Below are positions 23,724-36,162 of a stretch of 64,000 bases of DNA, piece after piece. The position numbers and the translations under genes are program-made. A model generated the notes under the pieces. The model did no database searches. It saw only the letters and a list, made by a program, of their open reading frames with translations, and had not been told where the DNA came from. This DNA is from Lingula anatina (taxonomy: Eukaryota > Animalia > Brachiopoda), in NCBI GenBank assembly GCA_051362555.1, contig CM120648.1, positions 19,526,587 through 19,590,586 of the forward strand. Direction: 5' to 3'. How positions within the stretch are numbered: position 1 is the first letter of the stretch; the number at the start of each line of letters is the position of its first letter.

Positions 23724-25899
23724 TTATTGTACCACCAGCGTTAGCGCTGGCGGTACACATGGTTTTAGTCCCGTCAGGTCCGTTCCGCCGGCTCCGCCGC
23801 CATGTTACCGTTACCGCTTCTCCTCCTAGACGGTAAGGGCCTCCATACCCACCTCTTGGATTTAGGTCACCTATAATCTCAACTCGTTCCACGTAAAATT
23901 TGGGCTTTGTCGGTATTGGGGTCTAGGTGTGAAACTCATTGCAATGCACCCTTGTCCAAAAATGGCAAAATTAAATGCTAATTATCTACCCAACGGAAGG
24001 AATTATGGGAAAAATTTCTACAGACGGCTTTCCAAAAGTTATATGTGGAGATTTCAAATATACCCTTGGATTTGACCTTTGACCCTTATTTCAAGGTCAA
24101 ACAGGCCAAAATTTTCAAAAAAACGAAATTTTTTACGAAAAAAAATTATTTGCGCTGTTATTCAGACACCACACAGACTTAACCAATAATATTATTGGAA
24201 AGTGTTACCCTTCAGGTCACCTTTCATCTCCGTGAATTTGGGGTCATTCGTTGCATTTTCACGGTAGTAGCGGCCATAAGATACCGAAAATGAAAACTGT
24301 CTCTAATTCAGGAACCGTTAATGCTAGAGACCCATTCTTTTTTGCATTTTGTAGAGCATGGAAAGCCCAACACTGAAGTTGATCTCCGTTTTTTTTGTAT
24401 TCCATACGGTTTTCGAGTTACGCTGTATCAAAAAGCACATATTGGTGGTGAAAGCAAAATGTGCAGTACGGTAATGGATAATAAATTTTGAACTCCGGAA
24501 AAATAAAACATCAGGCTTGGCAAAGCAGACAACTTGTGGTCAAAAATGACATTATTTCATCAAATTTGAACATCTGGAACTTCAGAGCAGCTCCCATTTC
24601 AAGAACTTTGATCAAAATGACATTTTCTTTATTTTAATTTATTTTTTGTGTACGAAATCTATGGCACATTATGGTAACTCCAAAATTATAACATTTAGTC
24701 CCTTATATCTCCAAAACTGGCAGAGATAGGTCCATAGTTACTATTGAAGTTGAATAGGAAGTCATATACTGGCAATCTTACTGTGACCTTGAAATTGACC
24801 TTTGACCTACTTTTCACCATGAATTGAACTTTGCAAATTTTGCTTCTCTTTTATCTCCAAAACTGGCAAAGATAGGTCCATAGTTTCTATTGAACTTGAA
24901 TAGGAAGTCATATACTGGCAATCTAAATGTGATCTTAAAATTGACCTTTGACCTACTTTTCACCATGAATTGAACTTTGCAAATTTTGCTTCTCTTTTAT
25001 CTCCAAAACTGGCAGAGATAGGTCCATAGTTTCTATTGAACTTGAATAGGAAGTCATATACTGGCAATCTAAATGTGATCTTAAAATTGACCTTTGACCT
25101 ACTTTTCACCATGAACTAACCTTTGTAAATTTTGCTTCCCATTTATCTCCAAAACTGGCAGAGATAGGTCCATAGTTACTATTGAACTTGAATAGAAAGT
25201 CATATACTGGCAATCTTACTGTGACCTTGAAATTGACCTTTGACCTACTTTTCATCATGAATTGAACTTTGCAAATTTTGCTTCCCTTTTATCTCCAAAG
25301 TTACACTGTATCTGAAAGTACATATTGGTGGTGAAAGCAAAATGTGCAGTACGGTAATGGATAATAAATTTTGAACTCCGGAAATATAAAACATAAGGCT
25401 TGGCAAAGCAGACAACTTGTGGTCAAAAATGACATTATTTCATCAAATTTGAACATCTGGAACTTCTGAGCACGTCCCATTTCAAGAATTTTGATCAAAA
25501 TGACCTTTTCTTTATTTTAATTAATTTTTTCTGTAGGAAATTTATGGCATATTATGGTAACTCCAAAATTATAACATTTAGTCCTTTATATCTCCAAAAC
25601 TGGCAGAGATAGGTCCATAGAAGTTGAATAGGAAGTCATATACTGGCAATCGTACTGTGACCTTGAAATTGACCTTTGACCTACCTTACGATGAACTAAA
25701 CTTTGATTGTACCATTTTTAGTTATATATATTTTTTGCATATTTTGAAAATTCTTGTTGATTGCATTTTACAGCTTGTCAAGCACAAGACTGGTGGCTGT
25801 GTCCCTTATTTTGCATATTTGGGGGTCTATAGGAATGCGTTTACTCCAGCTGGTGGTACAATATTCGGAGGCGGTATCGCCTCTCTGATCCTCTAGTTT
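23724..25899 (+). mobile_element. Helentron-associated (HINE-like) element, second family
   Basis: 5' subTIR TATTGTACCACCAGC (23725) with a local hairpin. Perfect reverse complement GCTGGTGGTACAATA at 25849, then GAGGCG-GTAT-CGCCTC hairpin and CTAGTT end. Internal ~146-bp tandem repeats. Confidence 0.8.
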
Positions 25900-26184
25900 T
25901 GTTCTACGTTCAGTAGTTTCAAAGCTCCAGTAGGAAACATTAAGTATTTTATTATTACGTATATTATACAACTTCAAAACAAACTGGAAATTTAGCAATA
26001 AAATAAAATTAGTGTCATTATTATAATTTTTATCAACATTCTTTGGTACCATCAGCATTCCAAAAACATGCAGGCACTGGTAAATAGGCACTTTGTACGC
26101 GTGAAATGAAATTTACAATAATAAATACGATAACATTAACAAATACAAATCACGCTGGACTATCAAAAATTACATAAATTTACT

Positions 26185-26458
26185 TGTACTTACGTGTATC
26201 GCCAACCATACACAAGGTAACAGACACCCCAGAGTTATAGAGAGCCAGTTCCTGTACTTACGTGTATCGCCAACCATACACAAGGTGACAGACACCCCAG
26301 AGTTATAGAGAGCCAGTTCCTGTACTTACGTGTATCGCCTACCATACACAAGGTAACAGACACCCCAGAGTTATAGAGAGCCAGTTCTTGTACTTACTTG
26401 TAGCTCCTACCATACACAAGGTGACAGACATTCCAGAGTTATAGAGAGCCAGTTCCTG
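26185..26458 (-). repeat. 68-bp tandem repeat x4 of SDR exon 5 3' end plus GTAAGT donor
   Basis: Units start at 26185, 26253, 26321, 26389. Confidence 0.92.
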
Positions 26459-26535
26459 CCTGAGGACGCCAAAGAACCCCTGGAGAGCGTACTTAGTGGC
26501 GGTGTACACGGCTGTATATGGAGTGGCGGTAACTC
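26398..26535 (-). CDS. SDR exon 5 with catalytic YxxxK (VYTATKYALQGFFGVLRQEL)
   Basis: YTATK motif. CAG acceptor, GTAAGT donor, phase 1-1. Confidence 0.92.
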
Positions 26536-26681
26536 CTGAAATAACAGCGTGGTCTGAATTAGTACATACGCTGTAGTGGCTTATTACTTATTATTATTAT
26601 ATATACAGTCATCTAATGGAAACGGTTCAAGTCTTATGATGTTTACTGCTATGAAATACGCACACTGGTCTAGAAGAAATA

Positions 26682-28274
26682 CAACATTGGTCAAAAAGGT
26701 TGTCCCACCCCCGGTTTCATGTGCTTTTATTTATAAATGATCACATCACAGGAGTTAATTGCCATAAATTGTGTTTTTCATTCCAGATACCATAACTAAC
26801 ATGATAAGTGGTAAAGAAAATACAAACTAGCGGTGAAGATATCAACATTTAATACCATTTATTCACATTTATTACGTGTACCCCCTCAAATCTGACGTTT
26901 CACTGTGATTTTCACAGAGGTAAAGAAATGTCCATTAAATTGAAATCGACACCACCAAATTTCACCAAATTTACACACATTTAGCATGAGTGCGTGCTAT
27001 GTGTCTAATAGCGTTCATGTTAACCGCGTACTGTAATTACATCCTGTAGGTGGCGCAGCCCGCCTTCAACAAGGGTAACAATCCTTTTTTTGGGATATTG
27101 TCCCATTCTTCCGAAAGAGCTTGGAAGAGTTGGTCCAGATTTATCAAGAGTTACGTTTTCCTTTGCACTGCACACTTCAAACCACGTCACAGATGTTTAG
27201 CAAGGTTAATAACATGGCTCAAAGATGGTTGCTCCATTGGGTTTCTGCAACCAATCACTCATCAGACGAGAGTTGTGAGCAAGTGCATCTCCACGATGAC
27301 GCCCACAGTATCCCTGGAGTCACCTCTTGCAAATGAAATGAATTCAGTGAATTGCCCCAGTATCGTTCTTTTCCGGAAAGAACAATGCTCTTAAACCATG
27401 GGCTTGGAATTCTCTCCAAACGTGGACTGACCTGACACCTCAGGCGATATCATCCTGCACAAACCTACCAAAAGGCATTCTGCAACATGTGTACAGACCC
27501 TAGTTTGACCATCGAAATCATTCATGAAATACCTTGATTCTTCAGCAAAACCAATTGTTTCTAGTGATGGTTGACCAAGCTCTGGTAGTTCTGGGATCAC
27601 TGAACCTAGCATTCTTAACTGATACCTCATTCCATCTGCAAGAGGGGACTTCGGGGGTGATTCAGGCATCATCATGACAGCACACTTGCACACAGTTCTC
27701 ATGTGGTGAGTGATTTGTTGCAGAAACCCAATGTTCTGAGGCTGGAGACACCATCTCTGAATCCAGATAATAAACCTATTGAGCACACGTGGCATGAATT
27801 GAAGTGTGCAATCCAGAGGAGAACCAAACTCCAAACAGTCCGGACAATATCCCACAAAACAGAATTGTTACCTTTGTTGAAGGTAATGGCGCCGTCTACA
27901 GGAGATAATTACAGAACGAGGTAAACACACACGCTAATAGACAAGTGACCTTTAACAAGCACACCTTAATGCTAAATGTGTGTAAATTTGGTGACATTTG
28001 GTGGTGTTAATTCAATTTAATGGACATTTCTTTGCCTCCGTGGAAATGACAGTGGAACATAGGATTTGAGGGGGTACATGTAATAAATGTGAATAAATGG
28101 TATTTAATGGTATTAAATATGGGTATATAGTTTTTATTTTCTGTGCCATGAATCATGTTAGTTATACTATCTGGAATGAAAATCACCATTTATAGCAATT
28201 AACTCCTGTGATGTGATCATTTATAAATAAAAGCACATGAAACTGGGGGTGGGACAACCTTTTGACCAATCTTG
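26682..28274. mobile_element. Tc1/mariner-derived fold-back element
   Basis: TA flanks, long TIRs (CAACATTGGTCAAAAAGGTTGTCCCACCCCC / GGGGGTGGGACAACCTTTTGACCAATCTTG) and a degenerate SLNPDNKPIEHTWHELK (Tc1 SPDLNPIExxW motif). Confidence 0.85.
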
Positions 28275-28463
28275 TATATACCATAAAACTAAGAAGAGTG
28301 ATTATTTCAAATGATTCCAATATTAAATCAAAACACTCAACCTGTCAGAAAAGGTCTTCTGCAAGAGTGTTGTTCGATACTGAACAAACGGTACATTTTT
28401 TTCATCTTCTTCTTATTTGAGACGTTTTATTTCAAGTGACTGACAAGCAGACGATATACCCAC

Positions 28464-28677
28464 CCGCAGTAGAGGAGACCACAGAAATGTGACCACGACT
28501 ATTGGTCAACAGAGGTAGTGCATGGGACGCCAGGTGAACAAATGACCGGAAGTTAACGTCCATACTGGTGGTCAGTCTCGTGAAGTTATCCCCTGTCCCC
28601 AGCCACGGCTGGACGTTAGGCGATATAGCATGGTTCAAAATCAGTATGTCCAGCCCGCCGAGTTTGTTTTCCGTAAA
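28464..28677 (-). CDS. SDR exon 4 (FTENKLGGLDILILNHA...MDVNFRSFVHLASHALPLLTNSRGHISVVSSTAG)
   Basis: GGLDxLILNH and VNFxSxV motifs typical of HSD11B1/HSD11B1L. Confidence 0.93.
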
Positions 28678-29035
28678 CTTGGTTTATGAAAAAAACAACG
28701 TTTTTATAATATTTAACCAAACGTTTTTTGCAATTCTAGAGACATTTTGCAGTTGTGCACACTTTAACTGCTATACTGTTTTCACTGTTCGTTTAAAATT
28801 GCTTTCATTTAGGTCACAAAGGTCGTCACGCCTGTTTCCATGAATATTATACTAATGATAAAAAGCTAAACTTGGCATCCAATTGCTCATTATTCAGACA
28901 TCTTGTATATTTGACAATACTGTACGTAATTCACAACGTTCACATTGTTCAGGACCCATATACTGTAACCCCTCTACCCATGATGACTGCCGAAATTGAT
29001 AATGCCAAAAGTTTAGCTGGGTCCCCGATCTTATT

Positions 29036-29136
29036 TACCCTGAGTGTCAGCGTCACTGTGAAGCCAGTTTTGCTGATATGGGTTATATATGAAATCAAGA
29101 TCGAGCTGGCAAAACTGAAATCTAGACCCTAGGGTA
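29036..29136. mobile_element. ~100-bp MITE (TACCCTGAGTGTC...GACCCTAGGGTA)
   Basis: Short TIR, approximate GATCTTA flanking duplication, and a related copy at 33339-37823. Confidence 0.6.
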
Positions 29137-29199
29137 GATCTTAGCGTCCTTCTGTGGAAAATCCTTCTGTGGAAAATCCTTCTGTGTGTGTGTGTGCTC

Positions 29200-29323
29200 T
29201 GTACCTTGATAACCCTAGCTGTCTCCTCCATGTCTCCCAGATCAATGTCTGTGTGTTGGTGTGTGTGCGTGTGTACTGTATACCTTTATAACTCTAGCTG
29301 TCTCCTCCATGTCTCTCAGATCA
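29200..29323 (-). repeat. Duplication of SDR exon 3 3' end plus donor
   Basis: 29200-29244 copies 29280-29323 (MEETARVIK then GTA). Confidence 0.85.
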
Positions 29324-29385
29324 GCTACTGTGTACATATGGTTAGACTCAGGTGCCGGAGATAACTTTTTACACTCTGCGATGAC
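29284..29385 (-). CDS. SDR exon 3 (VIAECKKLSPAPESNHMYTVADLRDMEETARVIK)
   Basis: CAG acceptor, GTATAC donor, phase 0-0. Confidence 0.88.
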
Positions 29386-29574
29386 CTGAAATCGTTATTA
29401 TGGAAAGATGCAACTGACACTCAACTGATTGTTCAAATAGCTAAATTATAGAGCAGCTTTTGTAAAGGAAAATAAAATCGTTAATAAAGCATATTGTCTA
29501 AGTCACGAAGTTCGAAGCTGTTATTTGAAGGTTGACCCTCCCTCACTTCTCTTAATTTATTACCGGCAACTGAC

Positions 29575-29705
29575 CTTTTTTAAGAGGTTTTCTCTGCGCG
29601 CCGTTAAAACAAGATTTGCTCCCATCTTGGCGAAATGGTACGCCACCTGTTCTCCAATTCCAGAGGACGCCCCGGTAATGAGCACTCTCTTGCCTCTCAC
29701 CATGG
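29575..29705 (-). CDS. SDR exon 2 with Rossmann motif (RGKRVLITGASSGIGEQVAYHFAKMGANLVLTARRE)
   Basis: TGxxxGIG motif; TARR suggests NADP(H) preference. Confidence 0.95.
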
Positions 29706-30297
29706 CTGTGATAAAACCGATATGCTTATATCAGCCTATTATCATTTTGATTTCTGTTATAAATTTGGCAATTTAATAACACAACGGTAGGCCTGATTTA
29801 ATCCATATGTAATGACAAATATGTGGCTTTATCTTACGCAGACAACGTAGATATTGTGGTTATGGCAATTTCATATATATTTTTAAAAATATCATATGCC
29901 ATAACAAAGTTCTATGTGGCTTTATCTTGGGCAGACGTCGTAAATATTATTTTGGAGACTAGGAGAGAAATAGCACGAAATCCATGCGTTATCTCTCTTC
30001 TTTTTGGATACTGATATCCAATGGTTGTGTTAGCAGGTTACAGCCAACACGTAGGCCATTAAAATGGAATGCTAACGCATGGATTTCATACTTAAGGAGA
30101 GAAAGAGAGAGTGGTACACAAAAATATGATCGACTGGCGTATTTTCAGCCTCACCAAACTAAGTTGGTCTGCCCTAAGTCTTTAATCGTTTACTCACATA
30201 CTGATCACAAGTGTCAGTCCCGTTGAGTACAGTAGACTATACGAACATGTAGCACATCAGACTTAGATAGGGATCGGCAAAGACCGTTCATGCTCAC

Positions 30298-30388
30298 CGG
30301 GATCGAAATCATCCACGTAGAGGCTGGCGATGTAGACGGCAGTCACAGTGAGGAGCACAGCAACCAGGGTTTTTGTCTTGGAACCCAT
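30298..30388 (-). CDS. SDR exon 1, signal anchor (MGSKTKTLVAVLLTVTAVYIASLYVDDFDP); whole gene 302 aa, 11-beta-HSD1-like
   Basis: ATG, hydrophobic segment, DxFDP motif, GTGAGC donor. The six exons sum to 909 nt in frame. Confidence 0.88.
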
Positions 30389-30542
30389 ATTGAATTTTTT
30401 TTTTATTTCTGAGACGCGACGACCTCTGCAAACCCCACTGACCTTTTAATGTCCCCACTGCACACACTGCTGGCAGCATTAAGTGTAATACCAGTACATA
30501 AGGTCTGCATTAGCATCCCTGCTTTGGCCAGGTCAGTACATT

Positions 30543-30802
30543 TAAGACTAGGTTCCCATACCTAAATCGATCTAACAGGATCGATCCATCTCCACGGGTT
30601 TTCGCTAAATTGCTTACAGCTTTCATTGCTTAGATGTCTGGGGCCCCTCCAAAGCTGCAAAACGATAGTTAATTACCCCCTATCAGCTTCGGTAGGCGTG
30701 ACAGACATTTAAGCCGCTTAAGTTAATTGCAATTGAGTGAGAATCCCTATGGAGATAGTTCAATCCAAAGTTAGTACAATAGGGTCTGGGAATGGTCTCT
30801 TA
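30543..30802. mobile_element. MITE, inverted copy of 8579-8833, just upstream of the SDR gene
   Basis: Reverse-complement similarity (AAAGTTAGTACAATAGGGTCTGGGAATGGT vs ACCATTCCCAGAGCCTATCGCACTAACTTT). Confidence 0.65.
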
Positions 30803-31156
30803 TACCAGTACACAAGCTCGATGGTTGTGTTGTAGCAAGTTCATTTTACTTGTATGCTATCATTACTGTAGAGTAAAATAAAATAAAGATGTTCTGGGTG
30901 ATCTGTCTTTTCCTGATATGCGAGGTAGGTGATCAAAATTAAGGGAAAACAGAAGCTTTATTTGTTTTTCAACATTATTCAAGGTTGCCTACTAAATGTG
31001 ACGATGGTATTGACTTTTGTCTTTTGCTGACATCCGAGGTAGCAAATACGACTTAGTTATAGTCGTTCTTATTATTTATTAACTGCTTTCTTGTTGTTAC
31101 TCGCGCCGCTTTCAACATTACTATTTCTACCACTTGCAAACTTTAGCGGCCTTTAC

Positions 31157-31471
31157 CTTACATTATAAATACCATAAGATCATGTCAATCAACTCGAGTT
31201 CCACTGCAAAACACTCCCCGCTCCTGTCAATTACTAACATTACATTATAAATACCATAAGATCATGTCAATCAACTCGAGTTCCACTGCAAAACACTCCC
31301 CGCTCCTGTCAATTACTAACATTACATTATAAATACCATAAGATCATGTCAATCAACTCGAGTTACACTGCAAAACACTCCCCGCTACTGTCAATTACTA
31401 ACATTACATTATAAATACCATAAGATCATGTCAATCAACTCAAGTTACTCTACAAAACACTCCCCGCTCCT
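31157..31471. repeat. 82-bp tandem repeat, ~4 copies
   Basis: CATTATAAATACCATAAGATCATG at 31161, 31243, 31325, 31407. Confidence 0.9.
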
Positions 31472-34036
31472 GGGCCAATACCTATAAACGCCCCCCTCCC
31501 CTGCAAATAACCTGTATCCCTCCCTGCGCCCCCTCCCCCCTTTCAAAGAATCCTGGATCCGCGGGGAAGGGGGGCATGAATCCCTGTCAACTCCTGCCTT
31601 CGCTTTCTATAATGATCTCTTCACCCATCTGAAATCAGATAGGCCTACATCAAGGAGAAAACGGCACAGACCAAGAAATCTATTACGTTAATAATTTTGA
31701 TTCTGTCTTTTTTCATTCTTACAAAGATTTTAAAAAATACCGTCTCATAGACATATCTGTTAAATATATCCCGACTTTTCTTTTCTTTTTTAAATTGTAT
31801 AATCTTATATAGAAATGAAAAAATGAGTTAAGGAATCAAAGCCGAAAACCTATTAAATGATTAATATTTATGATACTTTTCTGTTTTTGCTTATACAAAA
31901 ATTTGTAAAAATTGTGTCTCCTCGACATACATGTATCTGTTAAATATCCCACTACAATATCCCCATATAAGATAAGAGAGAGAGAGGCGGGGCGGAATTT
32001 TGCTGGAATTTTTGGTGAACTTGACCTGGGTGTGGTGTGAAAAAAATGGACATCGGCCTCAGGTCGGACTTGAAGAACAAAACAAACCAGCACAAAACAA
32101 GCACGAGCGTAATCTCCTCTCAGCTCATCTAACACACTCACGTGTTCAGATGCACCCCAGGTCAGCCTCCAAGGGTCATGTAGATACTCCCCCGCACCGA
32201 TAATCCCTCTTAGTAATTTTTTTGTATTATGCGCATCGATGCGACCCCACACCGATAGATCCCCGCACCGATACTCCCCCGCACCGATACTTCCCCTCAG
32301 TAGGCCTATATCTGTAATTGTGGGGATGTAGCCTACCGGTGCGGGTTAGTATCGCTGCGGGGACGTATCGACAAGTAACCCGCCTGCCAGATAACATGCC
32401 ACCAGTGGGTCACCTGCGGCTATAAACAGCAAACAGCCACTGGTGGACCACTGGTGTAGGGTCTACTGCTCGTGGTTAGCTGGTGGCTGGTTGCCGTTGG
32501 TAATGTAGCTGGTGACCGGTCCACCAGTGACCCATTCGCGATTTTCTCATCGTAATTGTTAAGTGTAGATTTTTTTTCAAATACGCGTATGCGTATTGTA
32601 ATAACGTTACCTCATTTCGGCGGAAGTGTTTTTTTACCTTTGTTCACTCATTTGGGAGTGCGCAATTTCCTAGCATTTCATTGGCCTATAAAAATTTACG
32701 TGACGTAGACCTACTGCACGCGACGGCTGCACGTGACGTCTGCGTCGACCACTCTACTCCGCCTGACTGCTGCCACTGGGCTTTGATTTCACTATATTTC
32801 ATGTAAAATAGGTAAGCCTAATAATATTTAAATACACTGATTGACAGATCTTTTCAATGTAGGCCTACATGTAGGAAAAATGTTGATTTATAAAACAGCT
32901 TTTTAAAAAATAAATTCTGGAAATTAGAACATTGTTATTGAGTGGAAGAAACAAAACGCGAAAGCTCCACCTAGGCCTACTATAGCCCTATAAGATATAG
33001 GTATGAAAAAAATTGATTATAAGATTCGTCTTTTGTATTTGAAAGTTTGGTATTTTTGCCTCTTGAAAAGATCGAGTCAATTAAAAGGTATACATTTTCA
33101 AAGTGTATATATTTTTAAAAAATAAAAATGTAGTTAATCAATGTGTTATGAAGGGTTTTTCTGTGGCTTTTATTTACGTAAATTTCATTTTAATAACAAT
33201 TTAATAACAATTAAAATGGAAAAAACCCATAATAGATTTATGAATTATATTGATAACAATTGGAAAAAGTAAAGTTTGCATCTTAAAATAAACCTTGGAA
33301 TATTACCAGTGAACATTGGCCCTTTTTCTTATGTGGTCTACCCTGAGTGTCAGAGCAACGTAAAAGCTAGCTTGCTAAATATACCTTGTGGTGGAGTCGC
33401 TTTTACTAGTAGGCCTACCTGGTATAGACCTTTTTCATCTTTTGCGGAAATACGAAGTGCGCATGACAGGAACCGCGCGCCACAGGGGTCATGGTGGTAC
33501 ACTGCTGTTTCCAGCATGGCAATGCTAGGTGTAAATGATGTACAAGGTGCGCATATAAAAAGGCCGTATGAAGCGTGCATTGCTTTCTGTCAAACTAAAA
33601 AGGTGGCTGAAGCACAGAAATGCGTAAACTGTAGGCAAGAAACAGCTATTTGGACGGAGAATCTAGCAATTAAATGTTTTCTTTCTCAGTATAAATACGA
33701 TGCGCTGTACAACTAGACTTCACTTAAGCGTCCGAGCCTTGGCTGCACTTTCAATAGTGATGACGAACTAACGCTTCAGAGTTGACGAACTAACGCTTCA
33801 GAGTTCTTTTAAATGCTTCCGATAATAAAGATATGCGAAAGAGACTCGTTATTTTTTTATATATAAAATCAAAATGGCCAGTAGACTCGTACACAGCTTT
33901 CAAGAGTGTGGACAGGTGCGTAGGCCTACGTCTTCACAATATTACATGTATATATGCAAGCAGTGGCGATATCACCTCATTTACCGGCAGTGTCAATTCT
34001 TTACGATTTTTATGTCTTGTTTGAAGGATGTCTTAA

Positions 34037-36162
34037 GGGGACTTATAGTAAAAGGACCAAAGTCATAGAAACAAAGCCCTGGGATTGTAAGTTTTAATAA
34101 AAAATTAAAACAAACTTCCCAAAAGGCCAATTAAAGACGGGGATTAAGTACAGTGTCCAACGGATGACGCTCTGGCGCCAATTTGAGGGGAAAAATGCCG
34201 TTTTCGGTATTGGGATTTTCTCTATAACCAAGACAGCTATTCAAGTGATTCAAAAGGCCTCATAAAGCTGGGTGAAAGCACTACAGCGCGGTACCAGGAA
34301 ATTGTCTTTAACTATTTACTTTTGATTTTATCATCTTTTACGTTAAATCAGCCCATATTTCAATGGGTTATTCACTTTAAAAGGCGATAACTTTCAAACA
34401 AACAATTTCCTCTTAAACCCCTGATATCATGCTGTAGTCCACATTCCTAACAACAATAGGTGCAACTTTTGTAACGATCGGTTGCTCAGATAGTGAGATA
34501 TACTCGGCAGCGATTCACTTATCTCGTCAATATAGAAAGCTGTTAAAACAGCCAAAAACGTTCACAGGTTGGTTAACAGGGCTTATTAGTCAAAATGCTT
34601 AGCTGGCAAATTTACCTGTTATCGGTTATACGATCAGATGGAACCATTGCTTATTGTCATCTAAAAATATTTTGTTTGGGTGCTTTGAAGGGGCAGAAAA
34701 TCGTGCTTTTGTTACATTTTCCGACCACTCGTTAGGCATGTAAGCGTGCCGCCACTTTGATTGACAGCTCTGGAGAGGGTCCTAGCCTAGTGATGCCCCG
34801 TAGGGCGTCAAGGATATGTAGAAGGAAGCGCTAACAAAGGCGATTACGTTTAACCGCAATTAAGAGGTGTGAAGTTGCATTTGATCGTTTCAATGGCTCT
34901 TCCTCGGCAATCGAGTAATTTTACCTGAGATATTCCTTCTTTGTTATCGGCAAAGTGATCAGATAAAACTGTGTCGAGAGCAAGTGTCCGTCACTTGTGT
35001 TAACACGAGTTTTTTTGACGGGTAACGCTGCAGGATTATTTTGCACGACACTTGGTAATCGTCAGATCAACGGAAAAATCCAGCGATTATCTCATAGCAG
35101 TATTTCTCAAAATGCCAGCTAAGATAAAGGGGAGACGCTCAGCTGCACAAGAATCAGCGATAAAAGTGGCTGAGAGAAGGCTTTTGAGTGAAATGGCTGA
35201 GTGTGGGTGAGTTTTGAAACCACGAACGTGTTGATTGTAAAAAAGTATCTATTCAAATCTTTTGAAGCATGTAAAAGTTGCGTCGGCATTTTACCGTGGA
35301 TTGCGTCTAATACTAGATCACACAGGGCACTGAATGAAGTTATCTTATGAATAAGTCTGATGTGTTGAGGTACCACGTGCGTCGTATTTATCATACCTTC
35401 CTTTTATTTTTAGGTTTGATGGGAAAGAGTTCGCAAAAGGATTAGATCATACTAGTCCCCCACCTGATACGAATAAAAGCGTTTAGAAAAGCTCTTTCCT
35501 TCAATATGTGATGTGGCCAAACAATTTTCACGGTGCATGAAGATAAACAGTTGAAGAATATCCACAATAAAATTCGGCAACACACGACTTGTTGACACTT
35601 TCTAACAACTGTCCACTGTGCCAAAGCCTGTACCCAGTAGCTACGGTTTCTTCCTCGCGATCACTGTCTGAAGACTCCGAGGGCTGTTCTAAGTCCTTCA
35701 GTATCTTACGAGCGCTCGCTCCAGGTAGATTCTCTCTCTCGTCATCCGACTCAACAAATACCGGTTTTCCCCAACCGCCGCGCATACTCTCTTTCAAAAT
35801 TTTCTTTCTTTCCTCTGGAAATGGCTTTTTAACACGAACTTTTCTCTTCCCCATAGCGTACTCGACTTCTTCACTGCTTAGCTGATGTAAGACTTATGAC
35901 CTATTACCGCACACGTAATCGGCTTATAACTCATTACCTATGCTCCGCCCCCCTCATGGCAACGGCCCTTAGCAACAGAGGCGTGGCTTAGTTGTCAGCC
36001 TGACTGGGGCGCGTGCCGGTTGAAAAACTCATCAAAAGACACATTTTGCGGTGCAAATTCAAAATAATTATTACAGCCAACGTTAGATACTTTTTTGATT
36101 AATAGAAACACACAAAAAACTCAAAAACATGATTTTAAGCGTAGTTAACCCTATCTGTCCCC
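34037..36162. mobile_element. Kolobok-like non-autonomous DNA transposon
   Basis: TTAA|GGGGACTTATAG ... CTATCTGTCCCC|TTAA (TTAA TSD, GG termini). Contains a truncated ORF. Confidence 0.8.
35528..35854 (-). pseudogene. Truncated Kolobok-type transposase N-terminus (MGKRKVRVKK...SARKIL...GYRLW)
   Basis: Basic start, SARK and GYRL motifs resemble Kolobok transposase N-termini (inference). No DDE core. Confidence 0.5.

Noticed and set aside
25768-26091. ORF considered as SDR last exon
   Set aside because: Overlaps the HINE 3' terminus; the phase-compatible SDR-like terminal exon is 22869-23101.
32379-32530. CCCGCCTGCCAG as left terminus of an EnSpm-like relic
   Set aside because: No matching right terminus found, and the CC overlaps the GTAACC end of an adjacent repeat; kept only as a remark.
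33276-33716. 146-aa ORF
   Set aside because: Spans MITE and transposon junctions; only a frameshifted SAP remnant is credible.
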